DNA of 64,000 nucleotides from Pseudomonadota bacterium (GCA_040387665.1 JAZKDH010000004.1:1090-65089), one strand, 5' to 3'. Shown: positions 1 through 10,274, counted from the stretch's first letter. The notes: a model not told the origin generated them from the sequence alone. Translations and numbers: made by a program.

Positions 1-101
1 GAACTCGCCTTCGACGTATGTGAGCTAGCTTACCCAGAGGCCGAACATTTCTGGAAACGCTGTGGCTGGGATTTGTCCGGCCCGGATGGACGCGAACTGG
101 A

Positions 102-311
102 TTGCGCCGACGCTTCAAACGCCAAATTCTCGCCACCGTACGCGGGCTGATTAAGAGGGCTCGATTTTGCCCCGATGGCACGGGTCTACCAACTTACGAC
201 GATGACGGGTGTTTCATCGAACCTGCCGAGCGATGGGGCGCCCACCTGGAGAAAGAGGTGGAGCGATTCATGACCGGCAAGCGTCGGCGGTCTCCGCCGA
301 CTGTTAAATAA
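102..311 (+). CDS. hypothetical basic 69-aa protein (weak call)
   Basis: TTG-initiated ORF in the AT-richer stretch beside the tRNA 3' end. Arg/Lys-rich, no family recognised. It overlaps a frame-1 ORF that enters from the window edge and stops at 148..150. Confidence 0.2.
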   Translation: MRRRFKRQILATVRGLIKRARFCPDGTGLPTYDDDGCFIEPAERWGAHLEKEVERFMTGKRRRSPPTVK

Positions 312-376
312 AATGTTAGACAGCGCGGTGAGCGGAGCAATCTAACTTTTGCAAGTGCCTGAAATCTTATAAAAAA

Positions 377-451
377 TGGCTCCCTGAGTTGGATTCGAAC
401 CAACGACCAAGTGATTAACAGTCACCTACTCTACCGCTGAGCTATCAGGGA
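377..451 (-). tRNA. tRNA-Asn (anticodon GUU), CCA encoded
   Basis: Reverse complement reads TCCCTGA-TA-GCTC-AGCGGTA-GAGT-A-GGTGA-CTGTTAA-TCACT-TGGTC-GTTGG-TTCGAAT-CCAAC-TCAGGGA-G-CCA. Acceptor, D, anticodon and T arms all pair, and the anticodon loop carries GTT. Confidence 0.95.
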
Positions 452-537
452 GCAGTCCCGCAAGCGGGACAGGGGTGCGCGTATAACAGCGCCCTCGCGT
501 TTGGCAAGCACCTGCGCCGGGCCGGTGCACGTTTTTA

Positions 538-1317
538 TCAGACCTGGAATTGCTCGGCGAAAATCCGTTCGTCGAGGGTCTTGCCGGGATCGAACAGCAG
601 GGTCAGCCGGCGGTCGCGTGCGACGCTGATGTGCACTTCGGCAACATCGCGTACTTCCTGCTGGTCGGCGACGGCGGCAACCGGACGTTTTGCGGGTTCG
701 CGCACCTTGAACGATACTTTCGCGCTTTCAGGCAGGATCGCTCCTCGCCAACGGCGTGGGCGGAACGGACTGATCGGGGTCAGCGCCAGCAGTTTGGAAC
801 CCAGCGGCAGGATCGGGCCGTTGGCCGAGAGGTTGTAGGCGGTGGAGCCGGCCGCCGTCGCCACCAGGACGCCATCGGCCGCCAGTTCCTGCATCCGCAC
901 CTTGCCGTTGATCGCCACTTCAAGCTTGGCCGACTGGCGGGTTTCGCGCAGCAGCGACACTTCGTTGATCGCATAGAACTTGTGGTGCTGACCGTCCTGG
1001 GTAACCGCGTCCATCTGCAGGGGCACCACTTCCACTTCGCGCGCGCGGGCGATCCGTTCCGTGATCGTTCGGCTGCTGGTGATCCGGTTCATCAGGAACC
1101 CCACCGTTCCCAGATTTATGCCGTAGCATGGCTTTACCCGGCCAGTGTCCAGCATCTGGTGCAGCACGTGAAGCAGAAAACCGTCTCCGCCCAGAGCGAC
1201 CACGGCGTCGGCTTCTTCCAACGGTACCCATGCATAGTCGGCGCGCAAGGCTTGGGCGCCGGCCTGCGCTTTCAGACTGTCGGATACGGCGAGAGCCAAC
1301 CGCAGATTCTTGTTCAT
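538..1317 (-). CDS. nadK: NAD kinase
   Basis: ORF 538..1485 trimmed to the internal ATG at 1317 (MNKNLRLALAV...). Hallmarks GGDGFLLH and TAAGSTAYNLSANGPI are present. Confidence 0.9.
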   Translation of the reverse strand: MNKNLRLALAVSDSLKAQAGAQALRADYAWVPLEEADAVVALGGDGFLLHVLHQMLDTGRVKPCYGINLGTVGFLMNRITSSRTITERIARAREVEVVPLQMDAVTQDGQHHKFYAINEVSLLRETRQSAKLEVAINGKVRMQELAADGVLVATAAGSTAYNLSANGPILPLGSKLLALTPISPFRPRRWRGAILPESAKVSFKVREPAKRPVAAVADQQEVRDVAEVHISVARDRRLTLLFDPGKTLDERIFAEQFQV

Positions 1318-1453
1318 CGGCACCCCTTGTTGTGCGGCTGGGTGTATGGTGCGTGCTGATGTTTGGCAATCGGGTGCGGCTTGGGCGCACAGACCGCGTT
1401 TTCGCAATCGACGATCATGGTTTGGCAACCCGTTCCGCCCTAAGGCCCAGGCA

Positions 1454-2785
1454 ATGGAGCAGCCGCAATCGACCGAATCGGACAAGGATCTGCTGCGGCA
1501 TGAACGCGACGCGTTGACGGGATTGCCGGGGCTGGAGGCGGCGCGTCACAAGCTGGACAGCTGGGGCGAGAGCGCGCCGGTGCACGGGCTGCTGCTGGGG
1601 CTGTTCCGGCTGCCTGCCCTCAATCTGGCGCATGGCAGCCAGGCCGGCGATGCGGTCATTGCCGAAGTCGCGGCGCGGCTGGTCCAATTTGCCCGGGCGG
1701 AGTTCGATGGGCCATGGTTTGCGGCGCGTCTGGGCGGAGCAACTTTCCTGCTGCTGGCGCGCGACGTACCCAGCCGCGAACGGTGGGAGCTGCTGGGCGA
1801 GGGCCTGGCCCAGACGATCGCCCGGCCGATCGTGCGGTTAAAACCCGGGGCCAGCGCCACCATGAGGCTTTCCCCGCGTATTGCGTTGCTGCGGGCCCCG
1901 GCGGGGGAGGGGTCTGAATCCTCGCTCGACCGGCTTGGCCAGACGTTGGCGGCGCTCGAACAGCGCTCGGGCCGCCGTCTGCTGTGGGCGGACGGGGCGG
2001 TGGTGCGACCGGGTCACAGCGCGGAGCGGCTGGAGGCCGATCTGCTGCACGCGATCGACCGCGACGAAATCGACATTCTGTTCCAGCCGCAGTTCGGCCT
2101 TCAGCGCGACGAGCTGACCGGCGCCGAGGCGCTGGCGCGCTGGATTCATCCGCGCCTGGGCCGGATTGGTGCAGGCGCGCTGTTTGCGCTCGCCGATCGT
2201 GCCGACCATATCGCTCCGCTGTCGCAACATATCGCGCGCAAGGCCTTGTTACGGGCATCGCAGTGGCCGCCGCACCTCAGGCTTTCGCTGAACGTCACCT
2301 CGGCAGATTTGGCGGCGGCGGATTACGCGGACAGCTTGCTGGATCTTGTCGCGGGCAGCGGGTTTCCCGCAGCGCGGCTCACGCTGGAGGTGACGGAGCA
2401 GGCACTTATCGTAGATATCGATCAGGCCCGCCAGATGCTTGGCCGGCTTGACGGCGCCGGTATTCGCATCGCGCTGGACGATTTCGGGGCGGGGTTCTGC
2501 AACTTCCGCTACCTCAAGCTGCTTCCGCTGCATTATCTCAAGCTGGACCGGGCGATGGTCGACGGCATTGCCGACGATCCGCGCGACCTGGCAGTGCTGC
2601 GCGCGATCGTGGCGATGGCGGGCGCGCTCGGGCTTGAAGTGATCGCTGAGGGGATCGAGGATCAGAGCCAGCGTGCGCTGGTAGCGGCCGAGGGATGCGC
2701 GTTCTACCAAGGGTTCATTCGAGCACGGCCGTTAACGGGCGACGACTTCATGGACTTTGCCCGCCGCGAGGGTTCGCCGGTGTAA
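1454..2785 (+). CDS. c-di-GMP phosphodiesterase, degenerate GGDEF domain plus intact EAL domain
   Basis: ORF trimmed to ATG 1454 (MEQPQSTESD...). The GGDEF signature position reads RLGGATFLL (degenerate). The EAL half keeps EALARW, DDFGAGF, EGIED and QGF motifs. Confidence 0.85.
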   Translation: MEQPQSTESDKDLLRHERDALTGLPGLEAARHKLDSWGESAPVHGLLLGLFRLPALNLAHGSQAGDAVIAEVAARLVQFARAEFDGPWFAARLGGATFLLLARDVPSRERWELLGEGLAQTIARPIVRLKPGASATMRLSPRIALLRAPAGEGSESSLDRLGQTLAALEQRSGRRLLWADGAVVRPGHSAERLEADLLHAIDRDEIDILFQPQFGLQRDELTGAEALARWIHPRLGRIGAGALFALADRADHIAPLSQHIARKALLRASQWPPHLRLSLNVTSADLAAADYADSLLDLVAGSGFPAARLTLEVTEQALIVDIDQARQMLGRLDGAGIRIALDDFGAGFCNFRYLKLLPLHYLKLDRAMVDGIADDPRDLAVLRAIVAMAGALGLEVIAEGIEDQSQRALVAAEGCAFYQGFIRARPLTGDDFMDFARREGSPV

Positions 2786-2798
2786 TCAGCCGGCCAGG

Positions 2799-2831
2799 CA
2801 AAAAAATACCCCGCCGGGATTGCTCCCGGCG
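2799..2831 (-). terminator. rho-independent terminator after hppA (also 3' of the EAL gene)
   Basis: An 8-bp stem CGCCGGGA/TCCCGGCG with a 4-nt loop at 2812..2831. On the minus strand it is followed by GGGGTATTTTTTT (A-run 2800..2806 on the plus strand). Confidence 0.65.
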
Positions 2832-2871
2832 AGGCATGAGGTGCGGGGTCGAATGTCCCGCTACGCTTGGT

Positions 2872-4989
2872 TCAGGGGGCCAGCGCTGCCAACAGCAGCA
2901 GGGCCACGATGTTGGTGATCTTGATCATCGGATTGACGGCCGGCCCCGCGGTGTCCTTGTAAGGATCGCCCACGGTATCTCCGGTAACCGCGGCCTTGTG
3001 GGCGTCAGAGCCCTTTCCACCGTAGTTGCCGTCTTCGATATACTTCTTGGCGTTGTCCCAGGCACCGCCGCCCGAGGTCATCGATAGCGCGACGAACAGC
3101 CCGCTGACGATCACGCCGAGCAGCAAGGCACCCAGTGCGGCAAAGCCGTTCTCGCGCCCGGCGGCCGCCGAGATGACGTAGTACACCGCGATCGGCGCCA
3201 GCACCGGAAGCAGCGACGGGATGATCATCTCCTTGATCGCGGCCTTGGTCACCAGATCGACCGTGCGCGCATAGTCCGGCTTGGACGTGCCGGCCATGAT
3301 TCCGGGGTTTTCACGGAACTGGTTGCGCACATCGAGGACCACATCGCCGGCCGCGCGGCCGACTGCGGTCATGCCCATTGCCCCGAACAGATAGGGCAGC
3401 AGCGCGCCGAGCAGCAGTCCGACGATGACGTACGGGTTTTCGAGACTGAAGTTGACCGACAAGTCGGGGAAGAACTCCCGCAGGTCGGTCGTGTAGGCGG
3501 CGAACAGCACCAGCGCGGCCAGGCCGGCCGAACCGATCGCATAGCCCTTCGTGACGGCCTTGGTGGTGTTGCCCACCGCGTCGAGCGCATCGGTTTTTTC
3601 ACGTACCGAATCGTCCAGTCCCGCCATTTCGGCGATGCCGCCGGCGTTGTCAGTGACTGGGCCATACGCGTCGAGCGCGACGACCATGCCGGCAAGTGCG
3701 AGCATTGCCGTTGCTGCGTACGCGATGCCCATCAGCCCGGCGAGCTGGTAGGAAACGACGATGCCGCTGCAGATCACCAGCGTCGGCAGCGCGGTGGCTT
3801 CGAGACTGATGGCCAGCCCCTGGATCACGTTTGTGCCGTGTCCGGTAACCGAAGCCTTCGCGATGGATTTCACCGGGCGATAGTTGGTGCCGGTGTAGTA
3901 TTCGGTAATCCAGATGATCAGGCCGGTTATGACCAGGCCGACCAGACCGCAGTAGAACAGGGTCCGCCCGTTGAAGTCCTCACCGCCGATCGGCGCCTCC
4001 ATGTCGCCCAGTGCATAGCTGATTGCCCACCAGATGGCAGGGATCGAAAGAACGGAGGTGACAAGGAAGCCCTTGTACATCGCGCCCATGATGTTGTTGC
4101 CGCGGCCCAGGCGGACGAAGTAGGTGCCAATGATCGAGGTGACGATGCAGACGCCGCCGATCAGCAGCGGCAGCGCCATCAGCGCCATCAGGTTGTCTGC
4201 GTTTTTCAGCAGCAGCGCAGTCAGCACCATCGTGGCGCCGACAGTTACGACATAGGTTTCGAACAAGTCGGCTGCCATGCCCGCGCAGTCGCCCACGTTG
4301 TCGCCCACGTTGTCGGCGATAACGGCCGGGTTGCGCGGGTCGTCCTCGGGAATTCCTGCTTCGACCTTGCCCACCAGGTCGGCCCCGACATCTGCCGCCT
4401 TGGTAAAGATCCCGCCGCCCAGACGCGCGAAGATCGAGATGAGCGATGCTCCGAATGCCAGCGCGGTAAGCGCCTCGACAACGGTGCGGTCGTTGCCGCC
4501 GACGGTGTAGCCAGCCACGTCGATCAGATAGTAGTAGAACACCGCGATGGCGAGCAGCGCGAGGCCGGCCACCAGCATGCCGGTGATCGCACCGGCCCGG
4601 AAGGCCAGCGTCAGCCCCTCCTGCAGACCCTTCTGGGCGGCAGCGGCGGTGCGGACGTTGGAGCGGACCGAGACGTTCATCCCGATGAAGCCTGCCGCGC
4701 CCGAAAGCACCGCGCCGATCAGAAAGCCAACCGCGGAAATGTTGCCCAGAGTAGCGAAGATGATCGCTGCGACAACAACCCCTACGATCCCGATGGCGGT
4801 GTACTGGCGCTTCAGGTAGGCGTTTGCGCCTTCCTGGATTGCGGCGGCGATTTCCTGCATGCGTTCGTTGCCTGCAGGGCTTCCGAGAACCTGGCGACTG
4901 GTGACGAAGCCGTAGACGACGGCCAGCAGTCCCAGGACAATTGCGATCGTGACTAGATTCACGAGCTGCCCCTCCGTTAAAGAATCCAT
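2872..4989 (-). CDS. hppA: membrane-bound proton-translocating pyrophosphatase
   Basis: ORF trimmed to ATG 4989 ([10 protein letters not shown]...). A 705-aa polytopic protein with H+-PPase signatures [36 protein letters not shown] and [14 protein letters not shown]. Confidence 0.93.
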   Translation of the reverse strand: MDSLTEGQLVNLVTIAIVLGLLAVVYGFVTSRQVLGSPAGNERMQEIAAAIQEGANAYLKRQYTAIGIVGVVVAAIIFATLGNISAVGFLIGAVLSGAAGFIGMNVSVRSNVRTAAAAQKGLQEGLTLAFRAGAITGMLVAGLALLAIAVFYYYLIDVAGYTVGGNDRTVVEALTALAFGASLISIFARLGGGIFTKAADVGADLVGKVEAGIPEDDPRNPAVIADNVGDNVGDCAGMAADLFETYVVTVGATMVLTALLLKNADNLMALMALPLLIGGVCIVTSIIGTYFVRLGRGNNIMGAMYKGFLVTSVLSIPAIWWAISYALGDMEAPIGGEDFNGRTLFYCGLVGLVITGLIIWITEYYTGTNYRPVKSIAKASVTGHGTNVIQGLAISLEATALPTLVICSGIVVSYQLAGLMGIAYAATAMLALAGMVVALDAYGPVTDNAGGIAEMAGLDDSVREKTDALDAVGNTTKAVTKGYAIGSAGLAALVLFAAYTTDLREFFPDLSVNFSLENPYVIVGLLLGALLPYLFGAMGMTAVGRAAGDVVLDVRNQFRENPGIMAGTSKPDYARTVDLVTKAAIKEMIIPSLLPVLAPIAVYYVISAAAGRENGFAALGALLLGVIVSGLFVALSMTSGGGAWDNAKKYIEDGNYGGKGSDAHKAAVTGDTVGDPYKDTAGPAVNPMIKITNIVALLLLAALAP

Positions 4990-5079
4990 CTCAAGCGCGC
5001 TGCTTGTGTTTGCGGCGTCGCTGGAGGAACGGCTATCGGGCGCTTGCAGACAGCGCAACCTTAAACGGGCGATTAGCTG

Positions 5080-5952
5080 TCAACAATGCGTGAATCCGAG
5101 CGTTTCGCCATCTTTCGGAGCGGCTCCATCCACCAGCAACCCGCTGCCGGCGTTTGGCAGCACCTGGCCGATGCGCGTTGCGGCAACGGCGGGAACTTCC
5201 CCATCCGGCATCGTGAACAGCAATTCGTAGTCATCGCCCCACCGCAGCGCGTCGGCCCGGCGGCTGTCCCGACAGGCCAGCGGCACCGCCGCGCTGTCTA
5301 TCGCGAGGGTGCAGCCGCTGGCCGTCGCCATGCGCTGGGCATCGAGCAGCAGCCCGTCCGACACATCCATCATCGCCGTTACCTGCGGCGCCAGCGCAAT
5401 GCCTTCTTCCAGCCGCGGCGTCGGGCGGCGGTAGGCCATGCTGTCTCCGGCGCCGGCGCGAAGCGCCTCGAGCCCGATCATCGCCCCGCCAAGCGCGCCC
5501 GTCACCCATAGGGTATCGCCAGCGCGCGCGCCGCTCCGCGACGGCACGGGGCAGTGGGTGGCGCGGCCAAGCGCCGTCAGCCCAAGTGCCTGCGGCCCGC
5601 TGCGTCCCACCGTGTCCCCGCCCAGCAGCGGCACGTCATACCGGCCGAGAGCTTCCGCCAGACCAGCCAGGAACCGACCATCGTCGGCGCCAAGCTGGTA
5701 GCCCAGCAGCACGCCAACCGGCGCGGCCCCCTTGGCGGCCAGATCCGACAGGTTGGTGGCGACAAGCTTCCATGCGACGTCGGCGGGATCCTGCTGCGGC
5801 AGGAAGTGGATGCCCTCCACCATCATGTCGTGCGTCAGCACCAGCGTCTCGCCGCCGAAATCCAGGACCGCCGCATCATCCTCAAGCCCGCGGGCGCCCG
5901 GGTGCGTGGCAATTGCCCGGAGTGCGGCGATAAGGGACAGCTCGCCGCTCAT
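5080..5952 (-). CDS. thiL: thiamine-monophosphate kinase
   Basis: ThiL-type N-terminus (ELSLIAALR...GLEDDAAVL...THDMMVEGIHF) and an AIR-synthase-like layout. It lies directly downstream of nusB, as in many bacteria. Confidence 0.87.
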   Translation of the reverse strand: MSGELSLIAALRAIATHPGARGLEDDAAVLDFGGETLVLTHDMMVEGIHFLPQQDPADVAWKLVATNLSDLAAKGAAPVGVLLGYQLGADDGRFLAGLAEALGRYDVPLLGGDTVGRSGPQALGLTALGRATHCPVPSRSGARAGDTLWVTGALGGAMIGLEALRAGAGDSMAYRRPTPRLEEGIALAPQVTAMMDVSDGLLLDAQRMATASGCTLAIDSAAVPLACRDSRRADALRWGDDYELLFTMPDGEVPAVAATRIGQVLPNAGSGLLVDGAAPKDGETLGFTHC

Positions 5953-5961
5953 GACGCGCAG

Positions 5962-6417
5962 TCAGCGCGCCTCCTTGGCGACCGCGTCGAGCACGCCATT
6001 CGCAAACTTGGCCTCGCGCTCGTTGAAGAAGGCGTGGGCGACGTCCAGATATTCCCCGATAACCGTACCCGTCGGCACGTCGGGCCGCGCCATCAGTTCA
6101 TACGACCCGGCGCGCAGGATCTGAACCATCGTGCGGTCCAGCCGCTCGATCTTCCACCCTTGCGCAAGCTTGTCCGAAATCAGTCGGTCGATCTCTTCCC
6201 GGCGTGCGACCACGCCTTGCACCACGTCATCGAAAAAGGCGACATCGGCCGCAAGGTACTGGTCATCCTCGATCTCGGCCCCCAGCCGGTGGCGGTGGAA
6301 CTCGTTCAGCAGGCTCGCCATCGGCGGGCTTTCCATCTCGTGCTGGTACAGCGCCTGCACCGCGGCAAGGCGGGCCGCGGCACGGGCCTGCGGCAGGTTG
6401 AATTTCGGAGAGTTCAT
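5962..6417 (-). CDS. nusB: transcription antitermination factor NusB
   Basis: A 151-aa protein with the typical NusB N-terminus (ARAAARLAAVQALYQ) and C-terminal FANGVLD motif. Its ATG overlaps the hisD stop (ATGA). Confidence 0.9.
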   Translation of the reverse strand: MNSPKFNLPQARAAARLAAVQALYQHEMESPPMASLLNEFHRHRLGAEIEDDQYLAADVAFFDDVVQGVVARREEIDRLISDKLAQGWKIERLDRTMVQILRAGSYELMARPDVPTGTVIGEYLDVAHAFFNEREAKFANGVLDAVAKEAR

Positions 6418-7706
6418 CGGCCTAGCCTCACGGCAACGGAGCGCGCGTGCGCGGGCAGCCCTTCGGCTTCGGCCAGCGCGATCGCGGCATGGCCTATGGC
6501 GTTGAGAGCGTCCGGCCCCACTTCGATGAAGCTGGTGCGTTTCATGAAGTCCAGCACGGACAAACCCGACGCGAAGCGCGCACGGCGACCGGTGGGGAGC
6601 ACATGATTGGGGCCGGCGATATAATCCCCGATAGCTTCAGGCGTGTAGCGCCCGAGGAATACCGAGCCCGCATGGCGGATCGCGCGAAACAGTTGTTCCG
6701 GATGGTCCACCGCCAGTTCCACGTGTTCGGCCGCCAGTGCATTGGCCAATGCCGGTGCTTCGTCCAGGCAGGCCACTTCGATGATGACGCCGTGCGTGTT
6801 CCAGCTTTCGCTGGCGACCCGCGCGGTGGGCAGCAGCGCCAGTTCGACGCCCACCTGATCGGCCACGTTATCGGCGAAGCGCGCATCGTCGGTGATCAGG
6901 ATCGATTGCGCGGACGGATCGTGTTCCGCCTGGCTCAGCAGGTCGGCGGCGATCCATTCGGGATTGTTGTTGCCGTCTGCGATGACGAGAATTTCACTGG
7001 GTCCGGCAACCATGTCGATGCCGACCACGCCGAACAGTTGGCGCTTCGCCTCCGCCACCCATGCGTTGCCGGGGCCGGTGATCACGTCGACGGCCGCGAT
7101 GCGTTTCGTGCCGTAGGCCAGTGCGCCTACCGCGTGGGCGCCGCCGATCCGCCAAATCTCGTCCACGCCCGCCAGGTGCGCGGCCGCCAGCACCAGCGGA
7201 TTGACCTGCCCGCGCGGGGTCGGGGTGACCACGACCAGCCGCTCGACGCCGGCCACCTTGGCCGGTATCGCGTTCATCAGCAGCGACGACGGATAAGCGG
7301 CACGGCCCCCCGGAACATAAAGCCCCGCAGCGTCAACCGCGCGCCATACGCTGCCGAGCCTGACCCCGGCAGCGTCCGTATAGTCGCGGTCCGCCGGACG
7401 CTGAGGTTCGTGAAAGGCGCGGATGCGCTGTGCTGCCAGTTCCAGTGCAGCGCGAAGGTCGGGCTTCAGCGCATCGAATGCGGCGCGGCAGTCGTCCGGG
7501 TGAATGCGCCAGTCATCGTCCGCGGCAAGAATGTGCCCGTCAAACTTGCGGGTCAACTCGGCGACCGCCAGATCACCGCGGTTGCGCACATCCTCGAGGA
7601 TCAGTTGAACATCGCGTGCAACATCGACGTCGCTTTCGCGGCGCTCCCGGACCAGCCTGCGAAATGCCTTTTCGAACCCCGGGTCCCGGGAATTTAGCCG
7701 CAACAT
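6414..7706 (-). CDS. hisD: histidinol dehydrogenase
   Basis: ORF 6414..8420 trimmed to ATG 7706 ([15 protein letters not shown]...), giving 430 aa. Motifs ITGPGNAWVAEAKR, SQAEHDP and GDYIAGPNHVLPT are present. Confidence 0.93.
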   Translation of the reverse strand: MLRLNSRDPGFEKAFRRLVRERRESDVDVARDVQLILEDVRNRGDLAVAELTRKFDGHILAADDDWRIHPDDCRAAFDALKPDLRAALELAAQRIRAFHEPQRPADRDYTDAAGVRLGSVWRAVDAAGLYVPGGRAAYPSSLLMNAIPAKVAGVERLVVVTPTPRGQVNPLVLAAAHLAGVDEIWRIGGAHAVGALAYGTKRIAAVDVITGPGNAWVAEAKRQLFGVVGIDMVAGPSEILVIADGNNNPEWIAADLLSQAEHDPSAQSILITDDARFADNVADQVGVELALLPTARVASESWNTHGVIIEVACLDEAPALANALAAEHVELAVDHPEQLFRAIRHAGSVFLGRYTPEAIGDYIAGPNHVLPTGRRARFASGLSVLDFMKRTSFIEVGPDALNAIGHAAIALAEAEGLPAHARSVAVRLGR

Positions 7707-8383
7707 TACGCAGCTGCCCGCTGCGAGACCAGCGCACGGAAGCGTTCGACCAGCACAGCCACCCGGTCGTCCGTCTTCAGCGCGGCGCGGTTGACGATCA
7801 GCCGCGCCGTGACCGGCAGGATGATGCTCGATTCCACCAGCCCATTGTCTTTGAGCGTCCGTCCCGTCGACACCAGATCGACGATCGCGCCAGCCAGTCC
7901 AAGCCCCGGGGCCAGTTCCATCGCGCCGTTCAGCTTTACCACCTCCGCCTGGGTACCCAGCCGCTCGAAGTGACGGCGGGTCAGGCTTGGATACTTGCTG
8001 GCTACCCGCAAGTGGCTGGCGGCACCCGTGTTTTGCTGACCGGCCGGTTCGGCCACCGACAGGCGGCAATGCCCGATATCCAGATCGACCGGCGCATAAA
8101 GATCGGGATAGGCGAATTCTTCCACCACATCGGATCCCACGATGCCCACCTGCGCCGCCCCGTGGGCAACGAAAGTGGCGACATCGAACGCGCGCACACG
8201 GATCACGCGCATGCCGGCGCCTTCGCACGCGAAAGAAAGTGCGCGCGATTTCTTGTCGTGGAATTCCGCTTCCGGCACCACGCCGGCGCGCGCCATCAAC
8301 GGCAGCGCTTCCTCGAGGATGCGCCCTTTCGGCACGGCAAAGATCAGCGGCGCGGATTGAGTGGGCGTGGGACGGGAAGACAT
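7706..8383 (-). CDS. hisG: ATP phosphoribosyltransferase, short form
   Basis: ORF trimmed to ATG 8383 ([25 protein letters not shown]...), giving 225 aa. Its stop overlaps the hisD start (TAATG). Confidence 0.9.
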   Translation of the reverse strand: MSSRPTPTQSAPLIFAVPKGRILEEALPLMARAGVVPEAEFHDKKSRALSFACEGAGMRVIRVRAFDVATFVAHGAAQVGIVGSDVVEEFAYPDLYAPVDLDIGHCRLSVAEPAGQQNTGAASHLRVASKYPSLTRRHFERLGTQAEVVKLNGAMELAPGLGLAGAIVDLVSTGRTLKDNGLVESSIILPVTARLIVNRAALKTDDRVAVLVERFRALVSQRAAA

Positions 8384-8462
8384 GGTCCGCGCACTTAGTG
8401 GCGCGGCACCAAAAGGGCAAGGAAATGGCGCTGTCCGCTCTCTCCGTCGCCGCCCGGCAGGT

Positions 8463-9368
8463 TCAGGGATAACTGACGGTGGTTGGCTTGTCGGGAATGG
8501 GGATGAATTCCTGATCGTCCCCCGGTATTGTCGGGAACCGTCCCGCCCGCCAATCATCGCGGGCTTGCGCGATGCGGTCGCGTGAAGAGCTGACGAAATT
8601 CCACCAGACATGCCGCGGCGAGGAGAATGCTTCTCCGCCCATCAGCATGACACGGCCGCCGCGGCCACTGGTGAGCGTGAGCGGGACACCGGGAGCCAGC
8701 ACGGCCAAGGCGTAAAGCTCCAGCGGATGGCCGTCCACTTCCGCATCGCCGCCCACCAGCATGACCGCCCGCTCGTCAGCATCGGCATCGAGCGGGACCG
8801 ATCCCGAGGGACCGAGCACAACCTCGGCATAGATCGTGTGCGCGTGGCAGGTCGTCGGCGCTGTCTTGCCCCACAACGTGCCCATGATGACGCGAGCGGT
8901 GACGCCGTTGTCATCGACCAATGGCAGGTCTGCATGCGTCTCGAACGCGGGATCGATCTCCTCTTGTCGTTCAGGCAGGGCGAGCCAGGTCTGCATTCCA
9001 TACAGGCGAACGCCCACGGCACGCTCGGCAGGGGGGCTGCGCTCTGAATGGACGATGCCGCGCCCTGCCGTCATCAGGTTTACCTGACCGGGTCGGATCG
9101 TGGAAAACGAACCCAGGCTGTCACGGTGGTCGATCGCTCCGGCGAACTCGCCCGCAAACAGCCAGGTGACCGTAGCTAGGTTGATATGCGGATGCGGCCG
9201 CACATCCATCGCCTGTCCGGTAGCGAGCGTTGCCGGGCCAAACTGATCCACAAAGATGAACGGACCAACCATCGTCCGCTCGCGGGACGGAATTGCCCGG
9301 CGTACTTCGAATGCGCCGAGATTGTGCGTCACCGGCGTGATCGTCTGGGCGAACGGGTCTATCGGCAT
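8463..9368 (-). CDS. pirin family protein
   Basis: A 301-aa bicupin with the pirin N-terminal pattern ([12 protein letters not shown]...[11 protein letters not shown]...). Confidence 0.87.
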   Translation of the reverse strand: MPIDPFAQTITPVTHNLGAFEVRRAIPSRERTMVGPFIFVDQFGPATLATGQAMDVRPHPHINLATVTWLFAGEFAGAIDHRDSLGSFSTIRPGQVNLMTAGRGIVHSERSPPAERAVGVRLYGMQTWLALPERQEEIDPAFETHADLPLVDDNGVTARVIMGTLWGKTAPTTCHAHTIYAEVVLGPSGSVPLDADADERAVMLVGGDAEVDGHPLELYALAVLAPGVPLTLTSGRGGRVMLMGGEAFSSPRHVWWNFVSSSRDRIAQARDDWRAGRFPTIPGDDQEFIPIPDKPTTVSYP

Positions 9369-9383
9369 GATGCGTCCTCCTGC

Positions 9384-9656
9384 TTACCCGCCCGGCGCGC
9401 GCGCGTTGATCGCAAGCGCGTGAACACGCTGGCCGGGGATATCGCCCAAAGCGGAGTTCACCATCCGGTGACGCTGCAAACGTGTCTGCCCCGCGAAAGC
9501 CGCGCTTTCGATGTCGATGCTGAAGTGGCTCTCGCCGCTGCCATCGTCGCCTGCGTGTCCGCCGTGGCTGGCGCTGTCATTGGTCACAATCAGGCGCGTG
9601 GGCGCAAAGGCCTGTCGGAGCAGTTGTTCGATTTCGTCGGCGATCGGTCCGGTCAT
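9384..9656 (-). CDS. bolA: BolA family protein
   Basis: ORF trimmed to ATG 9656 (MTGPIADEIEQLL...). BolA core SASHGGH...HFSIDIES...RLQRHRMVN is present. Confidence 0.8.
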   Translation of the reverse strand: MTGPIADEIEQLLRQAFAPTRLIVTNDSASHGGHAGDDGSGESHFSIDIESAAFAGQTRLQRHRMVNSALGDIPGQRVHALAINARAPGG

Positions 9657-9683
9657 GTCTTTTCTTCTAGCCGATTCTTCACC

Positions 9684-10274
9684 ATGTGGAAGCCGGTGAG
9701 ACACGATCGGTTCCATGGCCGCTTCAGCGGTTCAAGGCGCGGCTGCGAGCGGCCAGGATGCATTGAGCAAGGGGAATTTCGCGCGCCGGGAGAACGGGCG
9801 TCCGGGTTCGACGGCCCCGGAGATTACCGGTGGTTCTGCCTTGATCATGTGCGCGAGTTCAACGCCGGCTACGATTGGTTCGAGGGCATGTCCGCAGACG
9901 AGATCATCGCGGCCCAGCACCCGATGTTCGGCTGGGACACCGAAAGCCGTGCTTTCCGCCCGACTGCCGGAATCGATGATGCCCCGCGCTGGGCCGATTA
10001 CAGAGATCCGCTAGACGCGATCAGCCGGAGGGCCCGGGCCTTCTGCCCCGGACAGCGGGCCGATGGCCGACCCGTCAGCCCCGACGAACGGCGCGCACTC
10101 GATGCGCTGGGACTCCCGCTCGATGCCGACCGGAACGCGCTGCGCGGCCGCTATTCCCAATTGGTTCGGCGGTACCACCCCGACCGGAACGGCGGTGACC
10201 GCTCGATGGAGGGCAAGTTGCAGGCCGTGGTCGAGGCCTATAATTTGCTGAAGGCCTCGCGCATCTTCGCGTGA
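9684..10274 (+). CDS. J-domain (DnaJ-like) protein
   Basis: ORF 9186..10274 trimmed to ATG 9684 (MWKPVRHDRF...). C-terminal J domain with the HPD motif (RRYHPDRNGGD). It diverges from bolA across a 27-bp spacer. Confidence 0.8.
   Translation: MWKPVRHDRFHGRFSGSRRGCERPGCIEQGEFRAPGERASGFDGPGDYRWFCLDHVREFNAGYDWFEGMSADEIIAAQHPMFGWDTESRAFRPTAGIDDAPRWADYRDPLDAISRRARAFCPGQRADGRPVSPDERRALDALGLPLDADRNALRGRYSQLVRRYHPDRNGGDRSMEGKLQAVVEAYNLLKASRIFA

Noticed and set aside
1364-1377. Sigma54-like TGGCAA-N5-TGC in the nadK/EAL spacer.
   Set aside because: The GG-to-GC spacing is one nucleotide short of the -24/-12 consensus, and the -12 element lacks TTGC. The motif is better read as a TTGCCA -35 box on the other strand.
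6414-8420. Very long N-terminal extensions in the ORF track: hisD as 668 aa, truA 14286..15599 as 437 aa, recR 15290..16585 as 431 aa, flavin reductase 49249..50442 as 397 aa, the J-domain gene 9186..10274 as 362 aa, and nadK and fmt likewise.
   Set aside because: Homology starts at an internal Met or Val that gives the normal family length. The extensions overlap neighbouring real genes in another frame or strand.
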